NCBI GenBank assembly: GCA_016180525.1 | Contig: JACPBB010000004.1 | Span: 1-38,941 of the forward strand | Direction: 5' to 3' | DNA length: 38,941 nucleotides | From: Parcubacteria group bacterium | GTDB taxonomy: Bacteria; Patescibacteriota; Minisyncoccia; Phycocordibacterales; UBA2135 | Shown here: piece after piece, positions 6,803 through 15,722 of the stretch | Numbering within the stretch: position 1 is the stretch's first letter | How the letters are laid out: every line of letters begins with the position of its first letter | The notes under the pieces: generated by a model | What the model saw: only the letters and a program-made list of their open reading frames with translations | The model's database searches: none | Told to the model about the DNA's origin: nothing | Made by a program: the position numbers and the translations under genes

Positions 6803-8584
6803 ATGTGTGGAATATTTGCATACGTCGGAAATGATAATCAATCCGTTTTAAAGGCGGTGCGGGGGCTCAAAGACCTTGAATATCGTGGATACGATAGTTG
6901 GGGGGTTGCGGTAAAAACACCTCAAGGGTTTTTTATAAGAAAAGAGACTGGAAAGATTTCAAATATTCCTGAGACCGATTTTGAAAAACATGAAGGCACA
7001 ATGTCTATTGGCCATACTCGGTGGGCAACGCATGGAGGTGTTTCCGCATATAACGCGCACCCACATTTTAATAGAGACAAATCGCTCGTTGTTGTTCATA
7101 ATGGCATTATTGAAAATCATGACGCTCTTCGCGAAGAGATAGCAGCCGTGTTTGGCAATGACGTATTTCGTTCGGAGACAGATACAGAGGTCATACCGCT
7201 TCTTATAGATATATGCATGGAAAGAGGACTCTCGTTTGAAAACGCTTTCACGGAGGTATGCAAAAAATTACATGGGCGATTTGCGTTTGTCGCGCTTCAC
7301 AAAGATGAGCCGTATATGCTTGCTGCACGAGACGGTTCCCCACTTGTTATGGGTCTTGCTGAAGGAGAATATTTTATTGCATCAGATACACCGGCGTTTT
7401 TGGATTACACAAATGAGGTATATTTTTTTGATAATGGCGAATACGCGAAGATTTCTAAAGATGCCGTAACATTTTTTAATCTTTTATCCGGCAATCATGT
7501 AGAAAAAAAGAAAGAAAAAATTTTATGGGAAAAAGAATCAGCAAGTAAGGGCGGGCACCCGCATTTTATGCTCAAAGAGATACTGGACCAACGTGAATTG
7601 ATTGAAAATACCGTGCGTCTTGGAGGCCCTGCTGTCTCAAAGGCCGCTCAAACACTGGAGAAAGCCGACAATATCTTTTTTACGGCGATGGGAACGGCTG
7701 CCCACATGGGTATGGTCGGGGAATATCTTTTCTCACGAATTGCCAAAAAGTCAGTGCAAGCAGTATACGCTGCAGAGTTTGATAAAGTTCTTCCGTTTAT
7801 AAACAAACAAAGCCTCGTCTGTGGTATAAGCCAGAGCGGAGAAACCGCGGATCTCTTGGAGGCGTTTAAAACAACAAAAAAGAAAGGAGGGAAGATTATG
7901 TCTGTTATTAATGTACGCGGGTCATCAGCTGAACGAGAATCATTTCTTTCTGTTCCGGTAAATGCTGGACCGGAGAGAGCTGTTGCCTCTACAAAAGCAG
8001 CCACAGCGCAATTTACCATACTTACTTTACTTGCATACGCACTTATAGGGAAAAGGATGCAGGGGGAGAAAAAACTTACAAATGCCTCTCATGCTATAAA
8101 AAAATGGCTCACCCAAGAACTGCTCATACATATTTCTCACATCGTAGAGACGATAAAACACAATGAAGATTTATATGTTATCGGCAAATCAGTTAATTAT
8201 CCAATTGCTCTTGAAGCGGCACTCAAGATAAAAGAAGTTTCTTATATTCACGCTGAAGGTTTTGCGGCAGGGGAGTTAAAACATGGCACGCTTGCGCTTA
8301 TTGAAAAAGGCACTCCGTGCGTTGTTTTAGTATCCAACGATGAATATAAACAAGATGTATTAAATGCTGCTCAAGAATTAAAAGCCCGTGGTGCCACAAT
8401 TATAGGCATTTCGCCGGAGGCGCATCCTGTTTTTGATCACACTATAGTAACTCCTGATTTGGAAAACGAAACGCCAATGGCGCTTATGATTTCTTCTCAA
8501 ATTCTTGCATATTATTTAGCGACGCTTCGCGGGCTTGATCCCGATAAGCCGCGTAACTTGGCAAAAAGCGTGACAGTGAAATAG
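6803..8584 (+). CDS. glmS: Glutamine--fructose-6-phosphate aminotransferase
   Basis: MCGI N-terminus, LEYRGYDS, GHTRWATHG, SQSGET, C-terminal PRNLAKSVTV. Confidence 0.98.
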   Translation: MCGIFAYVGNDNQSVLKAVRGLKDLEYRGYDSWGVAVKTPQGFFIRKETGKISNIPETDFEKHEGTMSIGHTRWATHGGVSAYNAHPHFNRDKSLVVVHNGIIENHDALREEIAAVFGNDVFRSETDTEVIPLLIDICMERGLSFENAFTEVCKKLHGRFAFVALHKDEPYMLAARDGSPLVMGLAEGEYFIASDTPAFLDYTNEVYFFDNGEYAKISKDAVTFFNLLSGNHVEKKKEKILWEKESASKGGHPHFMLKEILDQRELIENTVRLGGPAVSKAAQTLEKADNIFFTAMGTAAHMGMVGEYLFSRIAKKSVQAVYAAEFDKVLPFINKQSLVCGISQSGETADLLEAFKTTKKKGGKIMSVINVRGSSAERESFLSVPVNAGPERAVASTKAATAQFTILTLLAYALIGKRMQGEKKLTNASHAIKKWLTQELLIHISHIVETIKHNEDLYVIGKSVNYPIALEAALKIKEVSYIHAEGFAAGELKHGTLALIEKGTPCVVLVSNDEYKQDVLNAAQELKARGATIIGISPEAHPVFDHTIVTPDLENETPMALMISSQILAYYLATLRGLDPDKPRNLAKSVTVK

Positions 8585-8619
8585 AAGATTTAAGATTTAT
8601 GATGTAAGATTTAAGAATG
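8585..8619 (+). repeat. Heptamer tandem repeat (AAGATTT-type) filling the glmS-gatB gap
   Basis: AAGATTT AAGATTT ATGATGT AAGATTT AAGAATG. Confidence 0.8.
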
Positions 8620-10032
8620 GAATTTAAACCTACAATAGGCTTAGAAATTCACTCCGAGTTGAAGACAGAAACGAAAATGTTCTGCAATTCTAAAAATGAC
8701 CCCGATGAAAAACGGCCTAATGTTAATATTTGCCCCATCTGTATGGGTCACCCCGGGACACTTCCCGTTATTAATAAAGCGGCCGTAAAACATGTGCTTA
8801 AGGTTGGGCTTGCGGTTGGTGGCACATTGGCAGATTTCACCGAGTTTGACCGAAAAAATTATTTTTACCCCGACTTACCGAAGGGCTACCAAATAAGCCA
8901 GTACAAGTATCCGCTTGTATCAGGAGGAAATATTGCGGGGGTTTTACTTGAACGAATTCATCTTGAAGAAGACACAGCCCGTTCCACACACGATACGGGG
9001 GATTATAGTTTGGTTGATTTCAATAGAGCCGGAGTGCCGCTTATGGAGCTTGTCACAAAACCAGTCGTTAAAACTGCCGAGGAAGCAAGTTTTTTTGCAA
9101 AAGAATTACAACTGCTTTTGCAATATCTCGGCGCAAGTGATGCGAATATGGAAAAAGGAGAGATGCGCGTTGAAGCAAATATTTCTGTAAGTGAAAGCGA
9201 AACGTTTGGGACAAAGGTAGAAGTAAAAAATTTAAACTCATTTAAATCAGTTGAGCGGGCGATAGCGTATGAAATAAAACGACAAAGCGATCTGCTTAAG
9301 CGAGGAGAGAAAGTGGTGCAAGAAACAAGGGGCTGGGATGACAATAAAGGAAAAACATTTTCACAGCGGCTCAAAGAAGAATCGCATGATTATCGGTATT
9401 TTCCCGAGCCAGATTTGCCCAAGTTGCGCATAAGCACAGTTCCCGAATTTTCAAAAGAAAATCTTAAAAAAGAAATTCCAGAATTGCCATGGAAAAGGCG
9501 TGAGAGATATCAGATGGAATTCGGCATCACAAAAGAAGACGCGGATATGTATGTAAGCGACAAGGCATTCGGGGATTTATTTGGAAAAGCAGCGCAAGAA
9601 CTTAAAGGAGATAAAAAATTAATTAAACTTGCTTCAAATTATATCGCAAGCGATTTGCGCAGCCTTATTGGGAGAGACGCCCACACATTTATTGATAACA
9701 TAACTTCATTTACGGAGCTTATAACAATGGCTCATGAAGGAATTATCTCATCTCGCGGCACGAAAGATATTTTGGGAATACTGGTTGCCGAAGGAGGTAA
9801 TCCGCGCGAAATAGCGGAAAAAATGAATTTACTTCAACAAAGCGACGAGGGGGCGCTTCAGACTATTATTGAAAAAATTGTTGCAGAGCACCCTAATGTG
9901 GTTGCTGATTTTAAGGCAGGAAAAGAACGCTCAATTCAGTTTTTAATCGGACAAGCTATGAAAGAAACAAAAGGGTCTGCTAACCCAAAAGTGCTTGAAA
10001 AATTATTGCGTGAGTGGCTTAGTAAAGCATAA
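8617..10032 (+). CDS. gatB: Asp/Glu-tRNA amidotransferase subunit B
   Basis: IGLEIH, RKNYFYPDLPKGYQISQ, HLEED, EVKNLNSF, DYRYFPEPDLP. Confidence 0.98.
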   Translation: MEFKPTIGLEIHSELKTETKMFCNSKNDPDEKRPNVNICPICMGHPGTLPVINKAAVKHVLKVGLAVGGTLADFTEFDRKNYFYPDLPKGYQISQYKYPLVSGGNIAGVLLERIHLEEDTARSTHDTGDYSLVDFNRAGVPLMELVTKPVVKTAEEASFFAKELQLLLQYLGASDANMEKGEMRVEANISVSESETFGTKVEVKNLNSFKSVERAIAYEIKRQSDLLKRGEKVVQETRGWDDNKGKTFSQRLKEESHDYRYFPEPDLPKLRISTVPEFSKENLKKEIPELPWKRRERYQMEFGITKEDADMYVSDKAFGDLFGKAAQELKGDKKLIKLASNYIASDLRSLIGRDAHTFIDNITSFTELITMAHEGIISSRGTKDILGILVAEGGNPREIAEKMNLLQQSDEGALQTIIEKIVAEHPNVVADFKAGKERSIQFLIGQAMKETKGSANPKVLEKLLREWLSKA

Positions 10033-10056
10033 ATAATTTAGATATAATTAAATAAT

Positions 10057-11115
10057 ATGGATAAAAACAAAATACGAATCGCGATAAATGGGTTTGGGCG
10101 CATCGGGAGGGCATTTTTTAAGGTCACTCAGAAATACCCTGATTTTGAAATTGTTGCTATAAATGATTTGGGAGACCCTGAAAACCTTGTCTATCTCTTA
10201 AGATACGACACGGTCTACGGCAGGACGAATTCCGATATTTCTCTAGGGCATGCTGGACATAAGCCTGTTTTAAAAATTGGGAAAAAACACGTACTCTTGC
10301 TTAGTCAAAAAGACCCCGCGCTTCTTCCATGGAAAAATCTTGATATTGATATCGTAGTTGAAGCAACGGGCGTATTTGCAAGTTATGAAAAGTCACAAGT
10401 GCATTTATCTGCCGGAGCAAAAAGAGTTGTGGTGACAGCGCCGATAAAAGACAAGCCAATCGGCATAAATGGCGCAACAGTGCTCGTTGGAGTAAACGAA
10501 AAAGAATTAAAAACTTGCGATATTTCTTCAAATGCTTCGTGTACGACAAACGCCGGAAGCCCACTCGTCGCGATTTTAAATGAAGTAATCGGCATAGAGA
10601 AAGCAGTTTTGAATACAGTGCACGGATATACCGCGTCACAGGCGATTGTAGACGGTCCGGCAAAAAAAGATTTTAGACGCGGGCGGGCTGCGGCGCAGAA
10701 TATTGTACCATCTTCAACCGGTGCGGCAATTGCTACCACAAAAGCAATTAAATCACTTGAGGGAAATTTTGACGGTATCGCAGTACGAGTTCCAGTGCCT
10801 GTTGGGTCACTTGTTGACGTGACATTTATTGCAAAGAGAAACACTTCGGCAAAAGAAGTAAATGATATTCTTACAAAAGCTGGGAAGCAAGAACGATGGA
10901 AAAAGATTTTTTCAGTTACTGACGAGCCTATTGTCTCCTCCGACATTATTGGAAATCCGCATGCCTCCATTGCCGACCTTTCATTTACTCGTGTCGTGGG
11001 GGGCAATCTTGTAAAGGTACTTGCTTGGTATGACAATGAAATGGGGTATGTGAACGCACTTGCGGAGCACGTCCTTATAAGTGGAAGATATATTAAAACA
11101 GGCTCTAGGCTTTAG
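10057..11115 (+). CDS. gap: Glyceraldehyde-3-phosphate dehydrogenase type I
   Basis: INGFGRIGR, SNASCTTN, STGAA, WYDNE. Confidence 0.97.
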   Translation: MDKNKIRIAINGFGRIGRAFFKVTQKYPDFEIVAINDLGDPENLVYLLRYDTVYGRTNSDISLGHAGHKPVLKIGKKHVLLLSQKDPALLPWKNLDIDIVVEATGVFASYEKSQVHLSAGAKRVVVTAPIKDKPIGINGATVLVGVNEKELKTCDISSNASCTTNAGSPLVAILNEVIGIEKAVLNTVHGYTASQAIVDGPAKKDFRRGRAAAQNIVPSSTGAAIATTKAIKSLEGNFDGIAVRVPVPVGSLVDVTFIAKRNTSAKEVNDILTKAGKQERWKKIFSVTDEPIVSSDIIGNPHASIADLSFTRVVGGNLVKVLAWYDNEMGYVNALAEHVLISGRYIKTGSRL

Positions 11116-11190
11116 GTAACTAGGCGCTAGGAATGTCAAATTTTCTAACGCCTAACGCCTAACGCCTAACGCCTAATGCCTAATGCCTAA
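11101..11190. repeat. Two partly complementary heptamer arrays at the gap-rpiB junction
   Basis: GGCTCTA GGCTTTA GGTAACTA GGCGCTA GG (11101-11131), then (CTAACGC)4 (CTAATGC)2 CTAA (11145-11190). Confidence 0.9.
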
Positions 11191-11638
11191 TATAATTTTT
11201 ATTGCGTCGGACCACGCTGGTTTTGAATTAAAAAATAAACTCATTCCTCATTTGCAAAAACAAGGATTTAAAGTTGTTGACAAAGGTCCTTTTACGTATG
11301 TTGAAACAGATGATTATCCTGATTTTGCTTCCCTTGTTGCGCAGGAGGTTTTAAAAAATACAAAAGAACACCGTGGTATTATGGTATGCGGTTCAGGACA
11401 AGGCGAGGGGATGGTTGCGAATCGTTTTAAAGGCATACGAGCCGCTGTTTATTATGGCGGCAGTAGCGATGTCGTAAAAGCCTCCCGTGACCACAATGAT
11501 TCTAATGTTCTTGCCGTCGGAACACGGTTCGCAAAAGAAAAAGAACTTATTGATGCTGTTGATGTGTGGCTTCAAACTCCGTTTTCAAATGAGGAACGTC
11601 ATATTAGGCGGATTCGTAAGATTGATCAACTACCATGA
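11183..11638 (+). CDS. rpiB: Ribose-5-phosphate isomerase B
   Basis: ASDHAG, DYPD, CGSGQG, SRDHNDSNVL, ERHIRRI. Confidence 0.95.
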   Translation: MPNIIFIASDHAGFELKNKLIPHLQKQGFKVVDKGPFTYVETDDYPDFASLVAQEVLKNTKEHRGIMVCGSGQGEGMVANRFKGIRAAVYYGGSSDVVKASRDHNDSNVLAVGTRFAKEKELIDAVDVWLQTPFSNEERHIRRIRKIDQLP

Positions 11639-12339
11639 CGGAGGTTATTCCTGCGCTTATGCCGCGCTCCTTCAGCGAATTGCGCGAGTCCATTGAAAAA
11701 TTCATTGGCATTGTGCCACTTGTTCAACTTGATGTTATGGACGGCGTATTCGTACCGGAAAAAAGCTGGCCATACAGTGAAAATAAAAACGAGCTCCAAG
11801 AATTAATAAACGGTCACGATACAATCCCGTTCTGGGAAGATATTGATTTTGAGGTAGATTTAATGATAGAGAATCCCGAACAAGAAATAAAAAACTGGAT
11901 TTTATTTGGTGCCTCTCGAATTATTGTTCATGTTGAGAGCGTGCGACATATGGATTTTATTATTGAAGAAGTTCAAGGTTCTATTGCCGGGAAACAAGAG
12001 GAGGATGGACACGAAAAGAAAATAGAAATTGGTCTTGCAGTTAACATTGATACGCCAAATAAAATGATTGAACCGTTTATACGTTCTGTTGATTTTATTC
12101 AGTGCATGGGTATTGCAAAAATAGGATACCAGGGACAGTTGTTTGACGAGCGTGTAATTCATAAAATAGAAGATTTGCGTGAGCGATATCCTGACGTTAC
12201 AATAAGTGTTGATGGCGGAGTGAATTTTGAATCTGCTCCTAAATTGACTGCCGTGGGAGCAAATCGTCTTGTTTCTGGCTCTACTATTTTAAAAAGCAAG
12301 GACATAGAGGAAGCCATATCTTTGCTTCAAAATGCCTAA
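11635..12339 (+). CDS. rpe: Ribulose-phosphate 3-epimerase
   Basis: DVMDGVFVP, EVDLMI, HVES, SVDGGVN, VSGS. Confidence 0.92.
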   Translation: MTEVIPALMPRSFSELRESIEKFIGIVPLVQLDVMDGVFVPEKSWPYSENKNELQELINGHDTIPFWEDIDFEVDLMIENPEQEIKNWILFGASRIIVHVESVRHMDFIIEEVQGSIAGKQEEDGHEKKIEIGLAVNIDTPNKMIEPFIRSVDFIQCMGIAKIGYQGQLFDERVIHKIEDLRERYPDVTISVDGGVNFESAPKLTAVGANRLVSGSTILKSKDIEEAISLLQNA

Positions 12340-12354
12340 TATGTATCTGAAACA

Positions 12355-12783
12355 ATGCAGGCAAAACAAACAAAATACGGATATATTTTAAAATTAGAAC
12401 GCGGCGAAAAAGTCGTTGAAACTATCACGCAGTTTTGTAAAGACCACACCATTACATCAGGAATTTTTCATGGTATTGGTGCTGTGAAGAACACCACTAT
12501 TGGATACTATAGTTTGAAAAAGCGGGAATATTTTTTTAAATCTATTTCTGAAGACATGGAGGTTGCAAGTATGACCGGAAATATTGCTCTTGTTGATGAA
12601 CAGCCGTTTTTGCATACTCACGCGGTGCTTTCAAAAATGGATGAAACGCTTGCTTGCATCGGCGCGCACATAAAAGAAGCAGAAGTTGCGGTGACGCTTG
12701 AAGTGTTTTTAATAAATTACGAGGTGTCTATAAAACGAGAGCTCGATAAAAATATAGGATTAAAATTGCTTAAATTTGAGTAA
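12355..12783 (+). CDS. PPC-domain (DUF296) protein
   Basis: LERGE, GIGAV, EVASMTGNI, HTH metal motif, GAH, TLEV. Confidence 0.9.
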   Translation: MQAKQTKYGYILKLERGEKVVETITQFCKDHTITSGIFHGIGAVKNTTIGYYSLKKREYFFKSISEDMEVASMTGNIALVDEQPFLHTHAVLSKMDETLACIGAHIKEAEVAVTLEVFLINYEVSIKRELDKNIGLKLLKFE

Positions 12784-12805
12784 ATATGCCACATATACAC
12801 GATAA

Positions 12806-12857
12806 CCCCAGTACCACCAAGCACTCAATACGTTGAGTGCTTGGGCTACGGAGCAAG
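12806..12857. repeat. REP-like palindromic element
   Basis: Perfect 12-bp stem CCAAGCACTCAA-TACG-TTGAGTGCTTGG (12817-12844) inside CCCCAGTACC...GGCTACGGAG arms. Confidence 0.75.
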
Positions 12858-12890
12858 AAAAATAAAAGAAAGTATTTAAGTTTATATCAC

Positions 12891-13751
12891 ATGAGCCACA
12901 TTCACGATGAAAAACTAAAAAAACTTGAGCTTATTGCAAATCGCTTGCGTCAGCATGTAATTACTTCTGTTGCAACTGCGAAAAGTGGACACCAAGGAGG
13001 ACCGTTGGGTATGGCAGATATTTTCGCGGCGCTTTATTTTCATATTTTGTGTCATGACCCCAAAAATCCTGGATGGGATGAGCGGGACAGGCTCATTCTT
13101 TCAAACGGGCACATTTGTCCGGTGCGCTACGCCGCAATGGCAGAGGCCGGATATTTTCCCATTGAAGAGCTTAAGACATTGCGGAAATTTGGAACACGGC
13201 TTCAAGGCCACCCCGAGCGACTCCGCCTTCCGGGGTCAGAGACAACCTCAGGTCCTTTGGGTGCGGGCCTCGCGCAAGCAGCAGGCATGGCGCTTGCGCT
13301 TAAAATGAAAAAGAAAACGCCATATGTCTACGCGCTCACTTCAGACGGCGAACATGAGGCTGGGCTTCACTATGAAGCAATGCTTTTTGCAGGGAAAAAT
13401 AAGCTGGACAATCTGATTTGTGTCGTTGACCGCAACAACATTCAAATTGACGGTAATACGGAAGACATCATGCCCCTAGAGCCACTTCGTAAAAAATATG
13501 AGGCATTTAATTGGCATGTGATTGAAATTAATGGAAATGATATGGAAGAGGTGGTACGCGGATTTGAGGAGGCAAAAAGCGTGCATCAAATGCCTATTTG
13601 CATTATTGCGCATACAATCCCTGGCCGCGGTGTTTCATTTATGGAGAATAATTACAAATGGCACAGCCAACCGTTTAAAGAAGGAGAAGCGGAACAGGCG
13701 CTCAAAGAATTAAAAGGAATTGAAGCCAAGCTTTCAGCAGAACATAGATAA
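12891..13751 (+). CDS. tkt: Transketolase, N-terminal (TPP-binding) subunit
   Basis: SGHQGG, DRLILSNGH, LQGHP, SDGE...DRNN. Confidence 0.95.
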   Translation: MSHIHDEKLKKLELIANRLRQHVITSVATAKSGHQGGPLGMADIFAALYFHILCHDPKNPGWDERDRLILSNGHICPVRYAAMAEAGYFPIEELKTLRKFGTRLQGHPERLRLPGSETTSGPLGAGLAQAAGMALALKMKKKTPYVYALTSDGEHEAGLHYEAMLFAGKNKLDNLICVVDRNNIQIDGNTEDIMPLEPLRKKYEAFNWHVIEINGNDMEEVVRGFEEAKSVHQMPICIIAHTIPGRGVSFMENNYKWHSQPFKEGEAEQALKELKGIEAKLSAEHR

Positions 13752-13757
13752 TTAATC

Positions 13758-14735
13758 ATGATTTCTAAAAAAGCAAAACTTATTACAGACTTAAAGAAAG
13801 CGGTAGAGGTGCCGACACGAAATGGCTATGGCGAAGGTATAGTGCTTGCGGCGAAGAAAAATGAAAATGTCGTGGTACTTTGCGCCGACCTTACCGAGTC
13901 AACCCGCAACGAAGAATTTAAAAAGCAGTTTCCGGGCCGTTTCGTGCAGATGGGAGTGCATGAGCAGCTCTTAGCGGCTCTTGCCGCCGGCATGGCGCTT
14001 GAAGGAAAAATTCCATTTATTACTTCGTACGCCATGTTTTGTCCCGGACGGGCGTGGGAGATGGTACGAACTAATATTTGTCTTAACGAAGTGCCGGTAA
14101 AAATTATCGGAAGCCACGCGGGAGTCTCCGTGGGCCCAGACGGTGCGACACATCAAGCAATTGAAGACATTGCCATTATGCGCCCGATTCCCAACATGAC
14201 AATCATTGCTCCGGCTGACGTAATTGAGGCGAGGAAGGCAACCATTGCACTTCTTGATGTAGACGGTCCATGTTATGCACGATTTGCCCGCGAGAAAACG
14301 GCGGTATTCACCACTGAAGATACACCGTTTAAAATAGGGCGGGCAGAAGTTTTTAGAGACGGAACTGATGCGGCAATTATTGCCTGCGGCCCGCTTGTTT
14401 ACAACGCTTTGTTGGCGGCAGAAGATCTTGCGAAAAAAGGGCTTGATGTTCGTGTTATTAACTCTCACACAATAAAACCGCTTGATGAGAAAACAATTTT
14501 AGCGGCAGCAAAAGAATGCGGGGCAATCGTAACCGTTGAAGAACATCAGGTGACAGGCGGCCTTGGTGGAGCCATAACAGAATATCTTTCACAAATTTAC
14601 CCTGTTCCAATTCTACGCATCGGCGTTCAAAATAAATTCGGTCAGTCAGGCGAGCCTAAAGAACTTGTGGAATACTACGGCATGGGGGTTTCTCATATTA
14701 AAAAAGCGGTAGAGGAGGTGTTGAGGAGGAAGTAG
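13758..14735 (+). CDS. tkt: Transketolase, C-terminal subunit
   Basis: GVHEQ, GPDGATHQ, TIKPLD, VEEH, FGQSG. Confidence 0.95.
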   Translation: MISKKAKLITDLKKAVEVPTRNGYGEGIVLAAKKNENVVVLCADLTESTRNEEFKKQFPGRFVQMGVHEQLLAALAAGMALEGKIPFITSYAMFCPGRAWEMVRTNICLNEVPVKIIGSHAGVSVGPDGATHQAIEDIAIMRPIPNMTIIAPADVIEARKATIALLDVDGPCYARFAREKTAVFTTEDTPFKIGRAEVFRDGTDAAIIACGPLVYNALLAAEDLAKKGLDVRVINSHTIKPLDEKTILAAAKECGAIVTVEEHQVTGGLGGAITEYLSQIYPVPILRIGVQNKFGQSGEPKELVEYYGMGVSHIKKAVEEVLRRK

Positions 14736-14780
14736 AATGCTGATATACTTTTCCAAGATGTACTTTTGGGTGAGCACACA

Positions 14781-15161
14781 ATGGCCAAAAAGTCTAAGAA
14801 AACCAGATTTATTGAATTTAATCTACCTTTTGAAAGTCCGAATCAATCCGTTGAGTTCAAATTTAATCTCGCCATAAAAGTTGCTCCTAAGCATAAACAC
14901 GACATTATTCATTTTACCGTTATGGCGGGGAACACATCGAAATACGACTCAATGCTTGTTATAAAACGGTCCTTTTCACAAATTAAAGATATAAAACATT
15001 TTTTGATGAGCGTGGAATTCACGGGACTTTTTACGAGAATATTCAAAGAGAATTGTTCTGATGCTATCACTCAATTTTTGAAAACTGTGGACACCCGCTC
15101 ACTCAAAAAGAAGATTGAAGAGATCCGTACCGCTCATCCTCATTGCAAAAAGTCCCGCTAG
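14781..15161 (+). CDS. Hypothetical protein
   Basis: 126-aa ORF followed by terminator AAAAGTCC-CGCTA-GGGCTTTTT; no recognised motif. Confidence 0.7.
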   Translation: MAKKSKKTRFIEFNLPFESPNQSVEFKFNLAIKVAPKHKHDIIHFTVMAGNTSKYDSMLVIKRSFSQIKDIKHFLMSVEFTGLFTRIFKENCSDAITQFLKTVDTRSLKKKIEEIRTAHPHCKKSR

Positions 15162-15224
15162 GGCTTTTTTCTTGTTTATGCTATTTTAAAAAAAGAGAAT
15201 ATTTCTTGTTTATTGGGGGGTTCC

Positions 15225-15668
15225 ATGCAGCATGACGCAGAGGCTCATTGGAGTTCAGACCAAGTATTGTTAGATATACATGAAAATAATCTTGTCGTTC
15301 ACGCTGTTATTGGGTACATAGTGCGAGAATTTCCAAAAGAAGATAAATATTTTTTGACGTTCCGTATACATCTAAAAGACCCCGCCCATAAGGACAAGAT
15401 ACTGGAAGAAGCCTGTTTTAAGTTGCATTTTGAAACATGGGAAAATTTGGAATTTTGGATAAGTAATATTCCTTCGTTTATCACTCCACTTCTGTTCGTC
15501 AAAGACGAGGAAATGCTGCTTGATAATGCTCAGAAAATAAAAAAACAGCAAGATATGCGTAAAATTGCTGATTGTCTTGTGTCACAACTGCCAATAATTC
15601 GAGAAGGAGTTGAATATGCTCGATTCATTCCAGATAGAGAGCCGGGAGACCAGCAAAAGCTTCATTAA
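15225..15668 (+). CDS. Hypothetical protein
   Basis: 147-aa ORF with G-rich RBS, followed by a terminator; no recognised motif. Confidence 0.7.
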   Translation: MQHDAEAHWSSDQVLLDIHENNLVVHAVIGYIVREFPKEDKYFLTFRIHLKDPAHKDKILEEACFKLHFETWENLEFWISNIPSFITPLLFVKDEEMLLDNAQKIKKQQDMRKIADCLVSQLPIIREGVEYARFIPDREPGDQQKLH

Positions 15669-15694
15669 GCCCCATCGCTTTTGGGGCTTTTTTT
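15667..15694 (+). terminator. Intrinsic terminator
   Basis: AAGCCCCA-TCGCTTT-TGGGGCTT followed by T-tract. Confidence 0.75.
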
Positions 15695-15722
15695 ACGCTT
15701 GATTTCTTATATAATAAACCTC

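Noticed and set aside
10383-11036. 217-aa antisense ORF over gap, and other long shadow ORFs over core genes
   Set aside because: They are reverse-frame shadows of conserved genes with no motifs of their own.
11101-11190. CRISPR array
   Set aside because: Units are 7 nt with no unique spacers; no 23-47-nt repeat-spacer pattern or cas gene was seen in the window.
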